Source: the human T2T-CHM13v2.0 reference genome, Homo sapiens. From it: a DNA stretch of 64,000 nt. This document shows, one piece after another, positions 57,755 through 64,000 of this stretch. Location: assembly GCF_009914755.1 (NCBI RefSeq), contig NC_060930.1; one strand, 5' to 3'. Below the pieces are notes generated by a model. The model made no database searches. It was not told the DNA's origin and saw only the letters and a program-made list of their open reading frames with translations. The first letter of the stretch is position 1; the number at the start of each line of letters is the position of its first letter. The translations under genes and the position numbers were made by a program.

Positions 57755-60700
57755 TTTTATTGTTTATTATACTTTAAGTTCTGGGGTACATGTCCAGAAA
57801 GTGTAGTTGTGTTACATATGTACACAACGTGCCATGATGGTTTGCTGCACCCATCAACCTGTCACCTACATTAGGCATTTCTACTAATGCTATCCCTCCC
57901 CTAGCCTCCCAACCCATGACAAGCCCTGGTGTGTGATGTTCCCCTACATGTGTCCATGTGTTTCCATTGTTCAACTCCCACTTATGAGTGAGAACATGTG
58001 ATGTTTGGCATTCTGTTCTTGTGATAGTTTGCAGAGAATGACGGTTTCCGGCTTCATCCATGTCCCTGCAAAGGACATAAACTCATCCTTTTTTTGGCTG
58101 CATAGTATTCCAGGGTGTATATGTGCCACATTTTCTTTATCCAGCCTATTATTGATTGACATTTGGGGTGGTTCCAAGTCTTTGCTATTGTGAATAGTGC
58201 TACAATAAACATATGTGTCCATGTGTCTTTATAGTAGAATAATTTATAATCCTTTGGGTATATGCCTAGTAATGGGATTGCTGGGTCAAACGGTATTTCT
58301 AGTTCTAGATCCTTGAGGAATCGCCACACTGTCTTCCACAATGCTTGAACTAATTTACACTCCCACCAACAGTGTAAAGGCATTCCTGTTTCTCTACGTT
58401 TCCTCCAGCATCTGTTGTTTCCTGACTTTTTAATGATTGCCATTCTAACTGGCGTGAGATGGTATCTCATTGTGGTTTTCATTTGCATTTCTCTGATGAC
58501 CAATGATGATGAGCATTTTTTCATATAATTGTTGGTCGCATAAGTGTCTTCTTTTGAGAAGTATCTGTTCATATACTCTGCCCACTTTTTTGATGGTTTT
58601 TTTTCTTCTTATAAATCTATTTAAGTTCTTTGTAGATTCTGGATATTAGCCCTTTGTCAGATGGATAGATTACAAAAAATATCTCCCATTCTCTATGTTG
58701 CCTGTTCACTCTGAGGATGGTTTATTTTGCTGTGCAGAAGCTCTTTAGTTTAATTAGATCCCATTGCCAATTTTGCCTTCTGTTGCCATTGCTTCTGGTT
58801 TTTTAGACATGAAGTCTTTGCCCATGCCTATGTCCTGAATGGTATTGCCCAGGTTTTCTTTTAGGATTTTAATGGCTTACGTCTTACGTTAAAGTCTTTA
58901 ATCCATCTTTATTTGATTTTTGTATAAAGTGTAAGGAAGGGGTCCAGTTTCAGTTTCCTGTCTATGGCTAGCCATTTTCCCAACATCATTTATTAAATAG
59001 GGAGTCTTTTTCCCACTGTTGTTTGTGTCAGGTAGGTCAAAGATCAGATGGTTGTAGATCTGTGGTGTTATTTCTGAAGTATCCGTTGTGTTCCATTGGT
59101 TTATATATCTGTTTTGGTACCAGTACCATACTGTTTTGGTTACCATAGCCTTGTAGTATAATTTGAAGTCAGGTAGCCTTATGCCTTCAGCTTTGTTCTT
59201 TTTGCTTAGGATTTTCTTGGCTATGCAGGCTCATTTTTGGTTCCATATGAAGTTTAAAGTAGTTTTTTCCAATTTTGTGAAGAAAGTCAATGGTAACTTG
59301 ATGAGGATAGCATTGAATCTATTAATTACTTTGGGCAGTATGGCCATTTTCATGATATTGATTCTTCCTATCTATGAGCATGGAATGTTTTTCCATTTGT
59401 TTGTGTCCTGTCTTATTCCTTGAGAGGTGGTTTGTAGTTCTACTTGAAGAGGTCCTTCACATCCCTTGTAAGTTGTACTCCTAGGCATTTTCTTCTCTTA
59501 GCAGCAATTGTGAATGGGAATTCACTCATGATTTGGCTCTCTGTTTGTGTGTTATTGGTGTATAGGAGTGTTTGTGATTTTTGCATATTGATTTTGTATC
59601 CTGAGACTTTGCTGAAGTTTCTTATCAGCTTACAGAAGTTTTTGGCTGAGATGATGGGGTTTTCTAAATATACAATTATGTCATCTGCAAACAGAGACAA
59701 TTTGACTTCCTCTTTTCCTAATCGAATACCCTTTATTTCCTTCTCCTGCCTAATTGCCCTGGCCAGAACTTCCAACTATTCACTACATTGAGATTCTGGG
59801 TTGAAAACATTTTTCTTTATGAATGTTGAATATTGGCCACCACTCTCTTCTGGCCCGTAGTGTTCCTTCAGAGAGATCTGCTGTCAGTCTCATGGGCTTT
59901 GCTTTGTTGGTAACCTGATCTTTCTCTCTGGCTGTGCTTAACATTTTTCCTTCCTTTCATCCTTGGTGATTCTGATGATTACGTGTCTTGGGGTTGCTCT
60001 TCTTGAGAATTATCTTTGTGGTGTTCTCTGTATTTCCTGAATTTGAATGTTGGCCTGTCTTCCTAAGTTGGGGAAGTTTTCCTGGATAATGCCCTGAAGA
60101 GTGTTTTCTAACTTGTTTTCTTTCTCCCCATCACTTTCATGTACATGAATCAAATGTAGGTTTGGTCTTTTCACATAGTCCCATATTTCTTGGCAGCTTT
60201 GTTCGTCCCTTTTTATTCTTTTTTCTCTAATCTTGTGTTCTTGCTTTATTTTATTCAGTTGATCTTCAATCTCTGATATCCTTTCTTCCACTTTATTGAT
60301 TTGGCTATTGATACTTGTGTGTGCTTCATGAAGTTCTCATGCTGTGTTTTTCAGCTCCATCAGGTCATTTGTATTCTTCTCTAAACTGGTTATTCTAGTT
60401 CGCAATTCATCTAACCTTTGTTCAAGGTTCTTAGCTTCCTTGCATTGGGTTAGAACGTGCTCCTTTAGTTCAGAGGAGTTTGTTATTACTTACCTTCTGA
60501 AGCCTACTTCTGTCAATTTGTCAAACTCATTCTCTATCCAGTTTTCTTCCTTGCTGGTGAGGAGTTGTGATCCTTTGGAGAAGAAGCATTCTGGTTTTTG
60601 GAATTTTCAGCCTTTTTGCACCCTTTGCAGCCTTTGTCTTTGATGTTGGTGACCTTTGGATGGGGTCTTTAAGTGAACATTCTATTCCTTTCTTTTTCTT

Positions 60701-61947
60701 AGTTTTCCTTCTAACAGTCAGGCCCCTCTCCTGCAAGTCTGCTGGAGTTTGCTGGAGTTCTACTGCAGACCCTGTTCACCTGGGTATCACCAGCGGAGGC
60801 TGCAGAACAACAAAGATTGCTGCCTGTTCCTTCCTCTGGAAGCTTTGTCTAAGAGGGGCACCTGCCAGATGCCAGCCAGTGCTCTTCTCTATGAGGTGTC
60901 TGTTGGCCCCTGCTGGGAGGTGTCTCCCAGTCAGGATACACAGGGGTCAGGGACCCACTTGAAGAGGAAGTCTGATCCTTAGCAGAGCTCAACGCTGTGC
61001 TGGGATGCCCACTGCTCTCTTCCAGGCCATCAGGCAGGGACGTTTAAGTCTGCTGAATCTGTGGCCACAGCCATCCCTTCCCCCTAGTGCTCCATCCCGG
61101 GGATATGGGAGTTTTATCTATAAGCCCCTGACTGGGGCTGCTGTCTTTTTTTCAGAGATGCCCTGCCCACAGAGGAGAAATCTGGCAGTCTATCCACAGC
61201 AGCGTTGCTGAGCTTCAGTGGGCTCTGCCCAGTTCAAACTTCCCAGTGGCTTTGTTTACACTGTGAGGGTAAAACCACCTACTCAAGCCTTAGCAATGGA
61301 GGACGCCCCTCCCCCCACCAAGCTCTAGCATCCCAGGTTAGTCTTGGACTGCTGCTGTGCTGGCAGCGAGAATTTCAAGCCAGTGTATCTTTGTTTGCTG
61401 GACTCTGTGGGGGTGGAACCCATCATGCCAGACCACTTGACTGTCTGGCTTCAGCACCCCTTTCTAGGGGAGTGAATGGTTCTGTCTCACTGGCATTCCA
61501 GGCACCACTGGGGTTTGGAAAAAAAAAAAAAAAACAAACTCCTGCATCTAGTTCAGTGTCTGCCCAAATGGCTGCCCAGTTTTGTGCTTGAAACCCAGGT
61601 TCCTGGCAGGATAGACACTGGAGGGAATCTCCTGGTCTGTGGGTTGGAAAGACCATGGGAAAAGTGCAGTTTCTGGGCCAGAGTGCATGGTTCCTCAGGC
61701 TCAGTCCCTCATGACTTCTCTTGGGTAGGGGAGAAAATTCTCTGACCCCTTGCACTTCCTGGGTGAAGTGATGTCCCACTCTGCTTCGGCTTGCCCTCCA
61801 TGGGGTGCACTCACTGTCCAATGAATCCCAATGAGATGAACCATGTACATCAGTTGGAAATGCACACAAATAATCTTCCTTCTTCATTGATCTCACTGGG
61901 AGCTGAAGAACAGGGCTGTTCCTATTTGTCAATCTTACCAGCAATCT
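57755..61947 (-). mobile_element. LINE-1 (L1PA7-like), copy L1-6, with a ~2-kb internal deletion
   Basis: Both ends present. 20-bp TSD with 2 mismatches: cattttctttatccatttat (57735-57754) / catcttctttattcatttat (61948-61967). ORF2 RT is joined directly to ORF1 at about 59791. Confidence 0.93.
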
Positions 61948-62671
61948 CATCTTCTTTATTCATTTATATGTTGACAGACATTTAGGTTGTTTCCATATTT
62001 TTGCTATTGTAAAAAATGCTGCAATGAATGCGCAGATATTTCTTTGAAATAGTAATTTTATTTTTTTGGATATATATGAAGAACTGAGATTGTTCTATCA
62101 TAGATAGTTCTATTTTTAATTTTTGGAGGAACCTACTCTACTGAAAGAATAGACTCCTCTTATATTAGAGGAGCATCCTAAATTTGCTGAGCTAACTTAT
62201 GTTCTCACCAACAGTATCTTATCTTTTGTCTTTTTGATAACAGCCATTCTAACAAGCATACAATTGTGGTTTTGATTTGCGTTTATCTGATGATTATTGA
62301 AGCTAAGCACCTTTACATATATTTGTTGGCCATTTGTATGTATTTTTTTGAGAAATGTATCTTCAGATCCTTTGTCAACTTTATTTATTTTTTTTTACTA
62401 TTGGAATGTAGGAGATTTTTGTATATTTTGGATATTAACCCCTTATCAGATACATGGCTTGCAAACATTTTCATCTATTCTGTAGGTTGCCTTTTCACTC
62501 TGGTAATTGTCTCTTTTGCCATGCAGAAGATTTTTAGTTTGATGAAGTCCTACTTGTCTATTTTTGCTTTATTGCATGTGCTTTTGATGTCATATCTATA
62601 AAATACTTGCCCAGGCCAATGTCAAGAGGCTTTCCCCCTATGTTTTCTTCTAGTAGGTTTATAGTTTCAGG

Positions 62672-64000
<1,329 letters not shown>

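Larger units (their letters stand above)
56786..62671 (-). mobile_element. L1MA-type 3' region (host), fragmented: 56786-56899, 57325-57754, 61948-62671
   Basis: ttttgaggtataattgacaaataaaa... 3'UTR; reads continuously across the MSTB and L1-6 insertions. Confidence 0.8.

Overview
Hominid (human/great-ape-type) genomic DNA made almost entirely of nested retroelements; I see no intact cellular gene. It holds seven primate L1PA copies, all on the minus strand (called L1-1 to L1-7: 1-4331, 10270-16427, 16722-23195, 26068-32267, 41730-48203, 57755-61947, 62672-64000). It also holds an SVA_D-like element with a 3' transduction, an ERV3/HERV-R-like provirus (two LTRs, Arg PBS, degraded gag/pol/env, env split by L1-4), a RAC1 processed pseudogene, MaLR/ERVL solo LTRs, Alus, a Tigger3-type remnant and older L1M hosts. 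The most striking pattern is that the seven L1s belong to different subfamilies and several have their own TSDs, yet they share many non-consensus variants in changing pairwise combinations. There is also a chimeric L1, a 148-bp perfectly identical tract between otherwise diverged LTRs, and a templated 160-bp local copy. Together these suggest a locus undergoing repeated ectopic gene conversion/recombination. Subfamily calls and 'consensus' states come from my recollection of repeat consensuses and from comparing copies in the window, not from a database search.
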